A DNA stretch of 64,000 bases from Diplonema japonicum. Its lineage: Eukaryota; Protista; Euglenozoa: Diplonemea. The position numbers and the translations under genes are program-made. Within the stretch, counting starts at the first letter, position 1, and the number at the start of each line of letters is the position of its first letter. Below are positions 39,075 to 51,949 of the stretch, piece after piece. The stretch covers positions 310,001 to 374,000 of the forward strand of contig OZ025676.1 of the NCBI GenBank assembly GCA_964019335.1. Reading direction: 5' to 3'. The notes beneath the pieces are model-generated. The model did no database searches. It saw only the letters and a program-made list of their open reading frames with translations, and was not told where the DNA came from.

Positions 39075-40090
39075 AACTCAAAGTACAGGACAAGCCCGCT
39101 AGAGGGCTGCCCTATGGGAGGGGGGGGGGGGGGGGGGGGGGGGGGTCTGTTAATACTCCCCTTCTGGAGCATTGCTTTCATCCCGATCGTGGCTGTGAGC
39201 GTCTTGCGAAGTCGAGTGATGCGATCCCGCTTGTAGGCGGCCTTCAAATCCATCAGCTTGTCGTGCGTGGACTGGGTAGCAAAAATGGGCCTCCTGGAGA
39301 AGCCTATAGCTGCCTTTCCTCCTATGGCGATGAGGGACTTCACCCTTTTCTGCTCATCCGCTGGGAAGGGGCGTCGCTTCTTCCGTGCCCTGCACGCTGC
39401 GTTTATCTTTACGATTAGGGCCTTGATTCTGCGTGCCCTATCTTCCAGGGCCTCCTAATGATTTACCGGTCGTCCATTCGAAGTCAATGGCTAGCTCCAC
39501 CGCCGACACCTCCGAGGTGGTGTCCTTCTCCACCCAGCGCAGCTGTGACAATCATTGTAGCAGCGGGTTCAGGTACTGGGACAGGACCCCACCCACTCCC
39601 TCGAGCTCGCCTGCTATCGGAACGGGGCATCTCTTTCCTACTACATTTCGTTCCCACGGTAGCGGCTGTGTGTTGACGTCCTCCTTCTGCATGAGCTCCA
39701 CGTCCCGCTTCTCAACCACCACGGCCAAGTATCGTTGCAGTTTTTCCAGGTATGCAAAGGCATGTCCTCTCGGCAGTATTGCGTGTAGCTCAAGACACAG
39801 GGGCCATCCCGTCCTGTCGCGCAGCGGTTCCAAACCGTCCTGTGCCAGCTCGTCCCGTGCGCAGGCACACTCGTAGAGCTGATGGCGGAGTAAGGTTACC
39901 ATGTCCGGGTGTGGTGACTCAAACAAGTCACACCTGAACCCTTGGTGCGTGGTACTTCCGTCGTTGGGACGTGGTCTATGCTGTCCCCGTCTTCCTCGGT
40001 GCCAGGGGACGCTCCTTTGACTCGTACCTGCATGCGGGCTAAGGTAGGGGACCCCTCCGGCGATCACCCGTCTCAGGCAGTAGGACATGA
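39075..40090 (-). mobile_element. Degenerate 3' fragment of a non-LTR retrotransposon (subfamily B)
   Basis: Broken frames (39552..40088, VSAVELAIDFEWTT at ~39460-39505, 39059..39343) align with the ORF at 40229..41389; the 3' end is repeated at 22473-22674. Confidence 0.65.
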
Positions 40091-40199
40091 GTGGGTCCTT
40101 GGCTGTTTCACAGTTGGTTGGTTTGCGCCCGCCTCCATCCCCTTCACTGTGCTTCTTTCGTTCGAAAAAAAAAATGGGGCTTTGGTTGCAACACTATTT

Positions 40200-41450
40200 G
40201 GCGTTAAGTGTGCAGCGTGGTGGGGGGTCTATCTTGTGTTGTTACCCTTCTGCGTCGCTGCATTTTTATCGGCAGATGGGGTGGGGATACTTCGGGTAGG
40301 TTCGAGGTAGGTCGGCACGAGCTTGTCGCTCCAGTCGTCTCTCCCCGGTGAACCGGTTGCGAGTCGCTGTTCGAGGATGAAGCGCACCTTGTCGTACGAT
40401 GCGAATGTGGGTCTGCAGGTATACCCTCGGATCCGTTTGTTTGCACCAATGGATCGGAGGGAGGATGTCAAGAAAGGTTTCCCGGGGATAGGAGGGGGTC
40501 GTGCTTTCTTTTCGGCCACCTCTGACAGTTTTGTCAGAACTTTAGCTAGCCGGTTTGCACGCTTACGTACGTCAGCCGTATCTTCCAAGATGAGCTGTTT
40601 GGTCGTGGCCTCAAAGTCGAGTGCGAGCTCTATCCTTGAGACTGAACCATGTGGGCTCCACTGCAGCATGCGAAGCCATTTGAGCACTTCTGGGACAATC
40701 GTATCCCCTTGGAAGTGTTTCAGTCCGTTGTTCTTGTACCAATCCAGGCTTGGCACCGAGCACCCTCTTCCAACCAGCGGTCTGTTCCAAGGGAACCTTT
40801 CTACCGCGGCCTTCTTCGTTTCCTGCTTCGCGCTCACTCTCCTGATGATCGCAAGCAGCATCTGTTGTATTACCTCTGGCCGTTCCGTCTTACATTCCAG
40901 AGGGATGATGCCGTGTAGTGCAAGGCAGCGTGTGATCCCCTCTTGCCTGTATGCATGCATTGCAGGGGCGAACTCAGGTGCACCGCGTACCTCTTCGTGT
41001 GCCTTGCATTTCCAGAACGTGTGTATGGTGTACTCGTCTTGCGTGGTGAAGAGCGCCTCACACCCAATACATTGTACCTCTGGTTCGACGATCGGGTAGC
41101 TGCGGAACATGGCACCCGTGATCATCCTCAAGCCAAGTCGTTCCTCTTGCACGGACCTGGCACTCTTCCACACCTCGTTAGTGCGGACTTCGTCAATTGC
41201 GCGGCCGACACCAATAAAGGAGGGTCTGCCTTTGGCAACTGCGTTCCTTCTGATCGCTTTCGTCACTCGCCGTATCTCATGACCTCTGGCAGCTTTATGC
41301 ACGCCCAAGAGGGCCCTGGCCCAAGGCCATCCGAGCTTGGCTGGTTCCAGAAGACGCAGGAGTGTTCCTATGGGACCAGCGGACCTCATATTCTTCGTGT
41401 ACTTCTTCCGGATCTTTCTTGCACGCTTTCGTATTCTTCGATTTTCCGCT
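40200..41450 (-). mobile_element. 5'-truncated non-LTR retrotransposon, C-terminal ORF with zinc knuckle (subfamily A)
   Basis: 386-aa ORF with a C-x2-C...H-x4-C knuckle (CIGC...HTFWKC) typical of LINE ORF2 C-termini; no RT motifs retained; no homopolymers, unlike host DNA. Confidence 0.6.
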
Positions 41451-41866
41451 AGAAAAAAAAAAAAAAAAATTGGTGTGTAATGTTAATAAAAAAAAAGTAT
41501 AAAAAAAAGAGGGGAAAATACAACAAAATTCGATAAAGTTTCAGTGTGCAGGGGGTGTGCTCACTGTTCAAGGAAGATGTGCACAAGTCTTGGTCGTCAA
41601 GCGGGCCTATGTGACCTATCACGAGCAGACGCTCTGCAAATGGAACGCTGTTGGAACATCACCATCATCCTCTCCGCTGCCTAGGCGTCACGCTTCGCAT
41701 CGTCCTCGCTCGCTTCTTAGCATCCGCTCCACGACAAAAAAAAAAGGGAGAGAGGGGGGTTTTTTTTTTCTTCTTCTTTCTTTTTTTTCTATACAGTACA
41801 AAAAAGGGGGGGGGGGGGAGAGAGGTTATTTTTTAATTTCTATTTTTTTTATCTTTTTTTTTTTTT

Positions 41867-42403
41867 TTAGAACATAACCGATTTTGACGGTGTGTCAGTG
41901 TCGGTGGGTGTGCGAGGGTTTGGTGTCTCCGGTTCTTGGTTAAGGTAAGGGTGGGGCAGCGAGAATCTCGAATGTCGAATTGGCGACATTGAGGTAGAGG
42001 TACGGGGACCGAACAGCGTCGTCATGCGGGCCTCACGCTCCGCTCTGGCGTGGAGTACCTTCTGTTCAAGGGACTTAACGTCTTCTTGCAACGATCGTAG
42101 ATTTTCCCAAGAGTTCACCACCGGCTGTGGATTCTTTGTAGGGGCCTTCTTCGCAGCAGGCTTCTTGCGTGACACAACAGTTTTGTCCTTATTTACTGAG
42201 ACCTGTGTGTGCCGCATATACGGTGGGACATCCTCCTCATTCAGCTCTCTCTTTATCTCGCGGCTTCTGCTCCCCTTGGGCCGCAGCCCCCTCCTCCACT
42301 GCAGGTCCGCTGTCAACGCCGCCGCTCCGCTGTTGCCTTTATATTTTGTCAAATCAGAACCGGTTGTTTCCGTCCACTGGGTGAAATCGCCAGGACCGGG
42401 CAT
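41867..42403 (-). CDS. Hypothetical basic protein with coiled coil
   Basis: 178-aa ORF from MPGPGD. Confidence 0.55.
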   Translation of the reverse strand: MPGPGDFTQWTETTGSDLTKYKGNSGAAALTADLQWRRGLRPKGSRSREIKRELNEEDVPPYMRHTQVSVNKDKTVVSRKKPAAKKAPTKNPQPVVNSWENLRSLQEDVKSLEQKVLHARAEREARMTTLFGPRTSTSMSPIRHSRFSLPHPYLNQEPETPNPRTPTDTDTPSKSVMF

Positions 42404-44170
42404 CTTTTCCCTTTTCCCCCCTCTTTTTTTTTTTTTTTTTTTTTTTCCCTTCTCCCCCCGGGCAACAGGGAAAAAAAAAAAAAAAAAAGAAAAAAAAGGA
42501 AAGTGAAACAGAGAAATATGTAAAATGTGTGTGCGCGTGTTGTGTGTGCTCCCTCGGAAAGGCAGGGGGAACAGGGACGAGGGGATCGGGGGAGGGAATG
42601 GGGACCATAAAACTGGAAGAATTGAAGCAAAAAAAAAAAAAAAAAAAAAAAAACGAGAAAGTGAAGAAGAAGAAGGGGGACAAGAGACGGGGGGTGGGGC
42701 GGTGGCGAGACTTGTGGTAACATGAGATCGCAATTTAAAAAAAAAAAAGAAATCCCTTTTCTTTTTTTTGTACTCAGTAATAATAAAGAATAACAGTAAT
42801 AAGAAAGGTGCCAAAGGGTAGGTAGAACAATTCTATGGGTTGCCTGCACCTTCCCTTGAACCTAGGAGGAAGTCAATTAAACAACACAAGGCAACAGTAT
42901 ATGCTTAGAAGATAAAAAGAGGGCGGGAGGATGGGGATGTATTCCATAAATTCCCGAAACAAATTAATTTTCCCCTTCTTTTTCTATTTTTTTAGGTCTT
43001 TAAAAAAATGGGGGGGGGTACTACATCCTGCCCAGCAAATAGTTTTTTCTAACAGGGGGTGATTTCTAAACCTAGCACGCACAGGGAGAGGGGAGGGGGG
43101 GGTTTCCTCTTCTTCTTTTAGTTTTTTTTTTCTCCTTTCTCTTTTTTTTTCTTCTTCCAAAGTAACGAAAACCGAACAAAAAAAAATAAGGGGCGGGGGT
43201 AAAATGTTTGATATAATCAAGAGAGAATAATATGTCGTTTTATATTCATGGTGGAGGAGGCAGCAGGAGGGGGGTTACTCTTCTTGTATAAACTACTGAC
43301 AAAAAATATATAGGGGGTCAACCAGTGCTGGAGACTCTACGGCTGCTTATGCCCTGTATGTGGCAACATTTTTTGTGTTTAAAAAAGAACTTCTAAGTCA
43401 ATAGGAGGACTCCTCCCAATCCTAAAACCCCTTTTGCGTCTGGTGTACACAGAAAATTGCTATTTTGTTTCGGGGGGGGGGGGGGGGGGAGGGGGTGTGA
43501 AGTACCTCCTCCATATCTCTATTTTGTCCGGGACACCTTCTAGCTTTTGAAAAGAAAAAAGAGGGGGGGGACGTGAAAAATTTCATTTATTTTTTCTGAA
43601 AACAACCCCCCTTCTTTGAGGGTGGTCGGTAAGGTCAGTACCGCAAAATCGTGAGAAAAATGACGCTGGATAATATTTGTTTTAAACTCAAATTAACATG
43701 CAAACTCCCAGAGCGAAAGCCGCATGCCCTAAAAAGGGGGGGGGGGGGGGGGGATGGTCAGTACTAGGTATCTCTCAGTTTCGATCTAATCTTGCGACTC
43801 CTCCAAGTGCTGATCTCTTCAGGCAAGAAGCACCCTTCATTGGCTCCCACTAGCGTCCCAGCAGGTTTGGAGAGTACTTTTCCCGACCACGGTCTCCGCA
43901 TTCGCTCTGTGGACAAGGCTATGGAGAGCCAGGTCCTTAGTGGCTCCTGCGCGCTTTAAAAAAAAAAAAGCTTACAATCGTAAATTTTTCACCTCCTCTC
44001 CTGCTACCTTCTCCTGCTACACCATTCAACTCTTAAGTTAATCGGGAGGGAAAACGTGGGGGAGGAGGGAGGAGAAAAAAAAAAATAACAAGGAAGATAT
44101 TTTTTCAATAAAAACAACAATTTTCTTTTATTTTTCTCTTCTTTTTTTTCTTCTCTCTTTTTCTCAAAGT

Positions 44171-44210
44171 TCACCGGGAAGAAGCTAGCGCCAACGGTGA
44201 TAGACACCTG

Positions 44211-44241
<31 letters not shown>

Positions 44242-46200
44242 TCACCCCCGTTCTCGTAGGATGCCAGACCTGCCTGAACCACACTTCCGCATCGACTGGT
44301 GAGTAGGTGTGTTCAAGGGAGGCAGGACGGAAAAGGGCATTGACGGCGTGGCCATCGGAGAAAGGGTTGCAACAGACGAAGGTGAGGAGGAAAACGACGG
44401 CAATTCCCGCAAGCCCTTTGGAGAGACATGATCTTTGTCAGAGTCAGTATCACCTGGCAGGACGAAACTAACCACTACCCGCTTAGAAGCCAACGATGAC
44501 GACGGTGCAGAGAGAGGCTTCAGACACGGCGGGGTTCGAATTAAGTTGTTGTTACCCGCAGAAGACGACCTTGGAAGCCTGTTGTTGTTCCCCATCGCAC
44601 TGCAAATGGTCTTATTGAAATCAGACACAAAACTGAAAACCTTCAAAGGACTCTGTTTCTTAGAAGGGCTGACCTTTCCAGGATAAATCTTCGCCGCCTT
44701 CTTTACGCTCACAACATTCGGCGTGGTGATGACCGTCGGTCTTAAAATCCCATCCTTCACCACCGGCATCGACCGCACAACATCATGCCAACCTTGATTC
44801 AATTTACACATAACCCGCTTCAACATATTGGGCGGCATGGATTCCTTCAACCCACCCTCGAGATCTGCTTCTCGGCAGATTTGAATAATAGCGTCTTCTG
44901 AGTTTTCAAGAAAAACGTCTCTTTCCAGCTCGTCGTCTGTGTGTTCATATGGTTCTTTGATGGTCAGGGAACCGAGGAATATTCTTGGGGTGAGATCTGG
45001 GATGTTATTCAAAACATGGTCGAGGAGCCGGGACTTCTCGGAGAATCCTATTAAAAACACGCAATCGGCGGATTCGAAATCTTCAGTTGATATTTTTGAG
45101 TTTGGAGGTGTCCTCTTCGAACGGGACATTACAACGTCGGGCTTGACAAGACCCTTGCAGGCTTTGTTGGTGCAGGTTGGTCGTTGGCGTTTGAAGAGTT
45201 TTTCTTTCATGAATGTGGCCATGTGTTCTCGGCCGCATTCGACGCAGTGCGCTGAGTTGAATGTTCCGCCGATTTCAACGACCTTTGAACGGGGTAAACC
45301 CGCGCTTCGTTCCAACCCTTCTAGGTTCACAGTGTACACTCTGCTAAGCAATCCCTTGTTGTGCAGCATCTTGCAAAAGAAATGTGTTAAAAGCGGTTTA
45401 ACAGCCGCGTTCGGCCAGAGCTCCCTCCAGACCGAACAGAGCAGGCTGTAGTCGGCTCGGTAGATGCGTTCGTCGTGGGCGGCTCGTAAAGATGGGAGTT
45501 TTAATAAATCGAGTTCTTCTTGCAGACCGGGCAACGTGGTTTTGTCTAGTTCTAAGCTTAGAACCGGCGGGCCTGCACCTTGTTCGTATCTTCCTGAATG
45601 GGAAGCGTTGGGGCCCATCACTACAACGATTTTCTTGACAACCCCGTCCCTTACCTTCTGAGCAAGCAGTGAGACAGATGGTGTCCCGCCTTTGAATATT
45701 TTCTCTTTTATCGAGTCCCTCATAGCACCGCACCCCATTAAAGTCTCTTCCTCTCTTTTTATATTTTTCTCGATCGCTCGTAGCGGTGTCGGGACTTTGC
45801 TTTTCCTTCCCATCCTGGCTTGTAACGGGGAGTAGAATGTAGGCGGGGGCGGGGACGGTGGATGCGGGCCTTTTCTCGTTTGTATCAAATTGTCCTTTGA
45901 AACCGACCTGTCGATGCCTTCTGATTCAAGGTTGAACTCAGGCATTCCGTACTGAGGGGGCATTCGTAGTGGGCTTATAGGACTGCCCATGTCTACAGGT
46001 ATTCCGCATGGGCTCAGAGTGACCAATGGGCTCCCTTCAGCGTCGCTTAGAATTACCGGTTCTGGGATGTCCTTTCCCACTGGAACAGTTCTGTTGAACT
46101 CACTGCCTTCCGTGTCCTCCGACATAACTTCCAGGAGCGCGTAGCATCCTGCAGCGTACTTGTCATTTTCCTCGGCCAAGGCCTCCCTGACTCCCTCCAT
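44171..46200 (-). CDS. Sir2/sirtuin-like protein with degenerate catalytic motifs; probable intron 44208-44245
   Basis: KKIVVVMG, LLSRVYTVNLEGLERSAG, CVEC...CTNKAC zinc site, LVKPDVV; catalytic HG is replaced by GG. Confidence 0.8.
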
Positions 46201-46855
46201 GCATTTAAGCGTAATTTTTTTTTTTCCTTTTTTTTTTTTTTTTTAAAACCCCCCCGAAGTTGATTTGGTTAAAATAATTAAGGGACGAGGGAACCATTGG
46301 AGGGGAGAGGGAAGGGGAGTTTTACTCCCCTTTTCCCACATCATTGCGGGGGTTGTCTTTTTTTTTTGTTTTTTGTTTTTTTGTTTTAAAAGTTTTGTGT
46401 TGTTGCTTATGCGGTCGTATGCAGATCAGTAAAAAAAAGGGGGGGGAAGAAAAAAAAAGAATAATTAAAAAATACCTGTTGTAACAAATAAGGTTCCGTT
46501 TTTTTTCTTCTTTTTTTTGGGCTGATAAATATACACCCAGACCCGGAACCAAAGACGGCCAATCTCATGTCTTTTTCCTCCCTCCCTCCCCCCGCTCTAC
46601 GGAAAAAAAAGGGGGGGGGTGAAACAAAAAAATCTATACCCTCGTTTCTATCCATTTCCTAATATTTCCTTTGTTGTAACCCTTCACGGTGTAAAAAAAA
46701 AAGGGGGGGGGAAAGGGAAGCAAAAATATGGGTTAAAAAATATTACAAATATAAAAGGGCAATGTTTAAGAGGACCACCCGTAAAAAAAAAAAGAAAAAA
46801 AATGTCGTCAGTTGCCTCTAAAGTCTCTGACTTTTGAGCAACTTCTTTTCCACAA

Positions 46856-48738
46856 TCATATGTTGCTTCTCATCTGTTGTGAAGGATGCATGGCTACGGG
46901 GAGGGGACCTTCTACGGAGCTGGACCTTATAAAGTCGCAAAAAAGAAGAGAAGAAAAAAACCAATAACCATTTTCTATTGAGGAAAAAAAAAAAAAAATA
47001 GAATCTACCTCCTCCACCCCTCCTCCCGGAGGTCTGCTTCTTTCTTGCTTTTCATGTGTGCATTCCGTTGTTGATACTGTATTTTTTTTATTTTTTTTTT
47101 GTTTTGTTTTGTAAACTCTTCCATACCTGGCTTGCATACAAAGTAGAATGAACCCCATTGGTCCGCAAAACAGCCCCCTCTCCTTCTTTAGGGTCCTCGT
47201 GTTTCTCAGGTGTAGTTGTAGATGCGTCGGTCACAGTGCGCTGGGGTTTTTTTTTTTTTTTTTTTTTTTCTTTTTTTTTTTTCCTTCCAAAATACCCTCA
47301 TGGCATCCCGATCACGTGACTGAGCACGTCGCAGCTGACCAGTCGTCTGGTTGCTGTTGTGCCTTCCGATTGCCTGCCGTTCCCTGCTCAATGTTCTGCG
47401 TACCCCAGGAACGACCCCGCTTCCATTCACCTTCCTCGGCGGGGTGCTTCGCCTGGGGGTAGGGTTGCCGTTGAGCTGCTTCCCCAACGGGGTCGTGTTA
47501 TGAGACCGCTTCCTCCTGTACGCAGGGGACATGGTGTCGGATTCTTCAGAAGACTGAAAGAGGTGCGCCCTGCTCCGTGGGGTGGTCGCTGATCGGGGGG
47601 ACACGGAGATCACTTCGGAAGACGATTCCGATGCTGCGTGCTCGTATTCAAACCCTGCAAGGTTTTTGATATGCGCGTAGATTCCCTTGTTGACCCGCAG
47701 AACTGGTTTAGAGAAGTGCGGGATTTTCAACCCGTTTTGGGATTTTTCAAGGTTCAGTCTTCCTTCTGAGACAGTTTTTTTAATCTCCTTCAGATCGCAC
47801 ATGGTGTGTGCTTTTTCCGCCTTTGCGATGTCGACGTTCAGCATCGCGACGCTCCTCCCTGTCCTCGCCCTCACGTCTGCAAGATGGCTTGTTTGTTTCT
47901 CCTTGCTCCTTGAAGCCTGCTCTATCAGTAATAGTTCCCGTTTGTCAATCTCCTCCCGTAGATGTTGGAACTCCCCCCTGAGCTTGGAAATCTCTTCGTT
48001 GTAAAGATCGCTGATCCCCGACAGCAACGTGTCGATTTGTAAAATGCTTGTTTTCAACGCTGTCCTTGAGCCCTCCGCCTTCACGATGAAGTCCGCCACC
48101 GTTTTCTTCGACTTGACCAAGGCTTCTCCTACTGGTTGGCATTTCTTGTTTTTCAAGGCGGGGTCTACTTGAAAGCACAGGAGGCACATCATCTCACCTG
48201 AGTCGGAGCAGACGACATCTGTCCTGTACCTTGAATGGCCGGGTTTGGTGCAGAACGGGATGGAATGAAGGGAGAAGCTCTCTGCGTCGATGAGGTGGTG
48301 CAGTTTGAGCTTACCCTTGTGGTGCTCCGTGTTGCATTCATCACAGAGTACAACGTCGCAGGTCTCGCAGGCCAATCGTGCTGCTGACACCTCGCACTTG
48401 TCACAGGTGATTTGTTGTGGTTTTGGCGGTGCAGAGATGGCTGCCAGTGATTGCTTCACCTTAGGGTGGATGGGGAGTGTTCTCGGCTCCAACCCACGAT
48501 ACGCCTCCCTGCATACTGGGCACACAAAGCACCCGCCCCCTACAGAACTCACGCATTCTGCGCATACTGTGTGCCCGCAATTCAGTATCACCGGTTCGTT
48601 AAACAGATCCAAGCACAGCGGGCATGTCAAGGACTCCGCCTCCACCTGCTCGCCTTGAACAGGTTCCGGTGCGGGGTCCGCGTTCGGTTCTGGCTCCGGG
48701 CTCCCGTTGTGCGGGGTGACCTCGTCCTCTACCCACAT
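46856..48738 (-). CDS. TRIM-like RING-B-box-B-box-coiled-coil protein; introns 47241-47295, 47077-47126 and probably 46926-47008
   Basis: [22 protein letters not shown]...CPVCR RING; CDKC...CETC...CDEC..HH B-box; coiled coil. The 3' exons are less certain. Confidence 0.8.
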
Positions 48739-48905
48739 TTTTTTTTCTTTTTTTCCCTTCTCCCCTCCCTCCCTCCCTCCCTCCCACTCTCTCTTTTCTT
48801 TTTTGTTTTTTTTTTGATTATGTACAACTAGAAGGACAGAGAAATAAATGTAACAAAACACACTTCTTTTTTTTTTCTTTTTTTCTTTTTTTCCCGCTCT
48901 TCTCT

Positions 48906-48974
48906 TCATTTTTTCGTCATGGATCCTACAAACTCTTCCCAGGATTTGATTCTTTCTTCGTTCTGTGCGTGTGC

Positions 48975-49020
<46 letters not shown>

Positions 49021-49783
49021 CCTCTCTGATCGCCATTTCATGGGCCTCCTGCTTGCGCACCGTTTCGGCCGAAGGCACCTCCTTGCCGAATCCTGCCGGG
49101 AACTCATCGAATTTTTTGTAGGTGTCCGAGCCCTCCACCACGATAGCTGTGGAGATGCGAGTGTCGGAGCCAGTGAAGCCCTTGGTTCGGAGGAATGCTT
49201 CCCGCTCCACCCGCGCATGCTCCTTGTAGGTGTTAAGACGCTGTTCCCATATCTGGGAGGAAGAATAGTTGCTGGGCCGAAGTATATTCGTGACGGACTG
49301 CTTCAAGACCTCGAGTTCGCTGTCCGTGGGGCGGGGGTGGGTGAGGTGGAAGTTCTTCAAGACTTCTTGCGCTTGCTTTCGCCTCGTCTTCGTGTTCTCC
49401 AACTCCCGCTCCTCCTCCTTCTTCATCCACGCTGCGTACTCCGCTCTCCGGCTGAAAATCCTCAAGACCGCTTTCGCCTTGCTTGCTTCCCATATCAAAT
49501 ACAAGATGCCTAGCATCATGAGTCTTGCAGTATATTTGTACATCCATTCCGTTTTAGCCCATTTGTTGAATCTCCGCACCCTTTCTTTTGTCTCGGCCAG
49601 GATCATGTTTTTGTCCTCCCGTTTTGCTGCCATCTTTTCCATGATGCCCACTGCGGGATGGGTGTCGACTATCTGTGTTGTTGCCTTTACCTTAAAGCTG
49701 TCCTTCTGCGTCTTTGGGGAACTGACCATGTGCCATCCCTCCTTCTTCCTTGCCACTGTGGTGGTGCTGAACCACCGCCGCAT
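48906..49783 (-). CDS. Hypothetical single-pass protein with mitochondrial-type presequence; intron 48963-49021
   Basis: [14 protein letters not shown]-terminus, one TM helix; splicing removes the poly-K stretch and gives the ending [18 protein letters not shown]. Confidence 0.6.
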
Positions 49784-50211
49784 CCTCTCCCCCCCCTTTC
49801 CCCTCCCTCCCTCTCTCCCTTCCTTTTTTATTTTTCATGTTTTTTTTTGCCGCGGGCTTTAGTTTTTTCTTTAAAAAAAAAACAAGAAGAAACCTTTTTT
49901 TTTAAAAAAAAAAAAAGAAAAAGCGAACACACCTTTCTTTTTTTTTTCTCGCCCACCCCCTCTCTTTTCTTTCTTAGTTTATTATTTTCATTCCCTCTCC
50001 CCTCCCCCCTTTTTTTTTCGCAATGAGGAACAAACACGGAACTGATGGAAAGTCGTGGGGAGGGGAGGGGAGTAAAAGACAAAAGAGGGGGGAAACGGGA
50101 TAAAAATAATATAAACACTATTTTTTTCTTCTTCTTCTTTTTTTTTTTTTTTTTTTTGAGAGAAAATCCAAAAAAAAAAAAAAAAATCAAAAAAAAAAAT
50201 CAAAAAAGAAA

Positions 50212-51756
50212 TCAAAAAGACGAATCTGTCCTCTCGAGGATGGAATCAAACTCGGAAGAAGTATCCGAGCCCTCACGCGTGACAGAGGCAGCAGTAGAGT
50301 TCTCAATGTCGTCCGTAAGGAAGGGATCCTGAAGGAGGCTCGGTGTGTCGGGACGTGCCGAGGCAGGGACAGCCAAACACCGCTTCAAAAAAGAAACCGC
50401 TTGAGAAGGAAGATGCCCAGGTATACGGGGACCCGTTGCTGATGAAGCGATGTGTATCAAAGCCTGATACTCGTGCTCAAACTTTGCTTCAGACCAAGGC
50501 GACCGCCCAGTACAGCATTCAATCATTGTGCACCCCACAGCCCATATATCTGAAGGCATTCCATACTCATGATCGCGAATCGCCTCTGGGCTCAAGTAGC
50601 ACACTGTTCCCTTTAACCCTGACGTGACTTGTCCTTTGATTTCGTTAAGTTTTTTTGACGCTCCAAAATCCGCGAGCTTCACAACACCCTCCGCGTCCGT
50701 TAAGATGTTCGCTGCTTTGATATCCCTGTGGATGATATTGTGACTGTGCAAATATTGCATTCCTTGAAGCAGCTGTCTGATGAATCGTTGTAAGACCTTG
50801 ATGCTGAGGCCGTTGCGGGTTCTACGGCAGAGGTCGGCGAGGGAACCGCCGGCCATGAATTCCATGAAAATACAGATTTTTTTAGAGGATGCCACTGCTC
50901 GGATGTACCTTACGATGTTGGGGTGTTTCAGTGAAGAGAGTACTTCGATCTCGCGTTCCAAAGATCTGACAGCAGAGCCCCTTCGATCGTCGTCATGGTA
51001 TGTTGAGTCTTTTAAGGAAACTACTTTGACAGCCATCTGCACCCCGGTTTCATTGTCCATTGCGGCGAAGACTGTGCCGTATGCACCGCATCCAAGGAGC
51101 TTTCCTTTTGTCCAGTCGTTGGACAGCGATGGGGTTGGCTTTCGTTCCTCCTGTTGTTTTGTGACTACTACACGACCTGTAACGCTCCAAAACGGTTTGA
51201 GTACCATCGTCGCCTCGACTACCCATCCTAAACGGTTTTCAAAATCTTTTTTGCATTTCAAGCCCGGTGTGAACAACGCTCCTTCTATTGATCCTGTGTC
51301 GTACCATAGTTCGCCTTCCCTGACTCCGATTATTTTTGAGGTTTCGTCTTTGTAGGAACCTTCTGTGTGTTTGACAACATCGCCGTGGGAGTACCCGTAG
51401 GGAGTGCATGCTTCGTCGCGGGTGTCGAACAGCATAGGGACGGCGCCCTCGGGCTTCCATCCCAAGTACGGGAAGCGTTCCTTGTCCATGGTGGTTGCAG
51501 CGGTGCTTTTTTTCAACATCGAGACGAAGCCCTCGAAGGAGTCCTCGTTGTCGACGACTACTGCGCTGTCCCTCTCGACAGATCGTATCACGCTAGCCTC
51601 GCACCCTGCCACAGCTTGCATTGCGCTTTCGAACTTTCCCCATTCCACTTCGCACGGGGCCACTACCGATACCTCACTGTCCCCGCTCTCTTCTCCTATC
51701 ACCGTTCCGTGTATGCACATATACTCCACCCCTGGGTCCCCTCTTATTACCTGCAT
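50212..51756 (-). CDS. STE11/MAPKKK-family kinase
   Basis: WTKGKLLGCGAYGTV, MAVK, HRDIKAANIL, KLADFGASK, DIWAVGCTMIE. Confidence 0.92.
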   Translation of the reverse strand: MQVIRGDPGVEYMCIHGTVIGEESGDSEVSVVAPCEVEWGKFESAMQAVAGCEASVIRSVERDSAVVVDNEDSFEGFVSMLKKSTAATTMDKERFPYLGWKPEGAVPMLFDTRDEACTPYGYSHGDVVKHTEGSYKDETSKIIGVREGELWYDTGSIEGALFTPGLKCKKDFENRLGWVVEATMVLKPFWSVTGRVVVTKQQEERKPTPSLSNDWTKGKLLGCGAYGTVFAAMDNETGVQMAVKVVSLKDSTYHDDDRRGSAVRSLEREIEVLSSLKHPNIVRYIRAVASSKKICIFMEFMAGGSLADLCRRTRNGLSIKVLQRFIRQLLQGMQYLHSHNIIHRDIKAANILTDAEGVVKLADFGASKKLNEIKGQVTSGLKGTVCYLSPEAIRDHEYGMPSDIWAVGCTMIECCTGRSPWSEAKFEHEYQALIHIASSATGPRIPGHLPSQAVSFLKRCLAVPASARPDTPSLLQDPFLTDDIENSTAASVTREGSDTSSEFDSILERTDSSF

Positions 51757-51949
51757 CGCAGCAACATCTGGGGAGTGGAAAGAATGGGGAAGGTAAGGAG
51801 GGGGGGGGGAGTGCTGTTTTTTTTTTTTTTTTTATTGCGTAAAACCGGATTTTTTTATTTCAAAAAAAAAAAAAAGTGGAGTACAACTGGGGAGGGGGGG
51901 GACAATGTATCAGATTTGGGGGGGAAACGCACTTTTTTTTTTCTCTGGT

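Noticed and set aside
43240-43960. Complex non-homopolymer sequence between genes
   Set aside because: No convincing ORF, RNA motif or repeat could be supported by eye.
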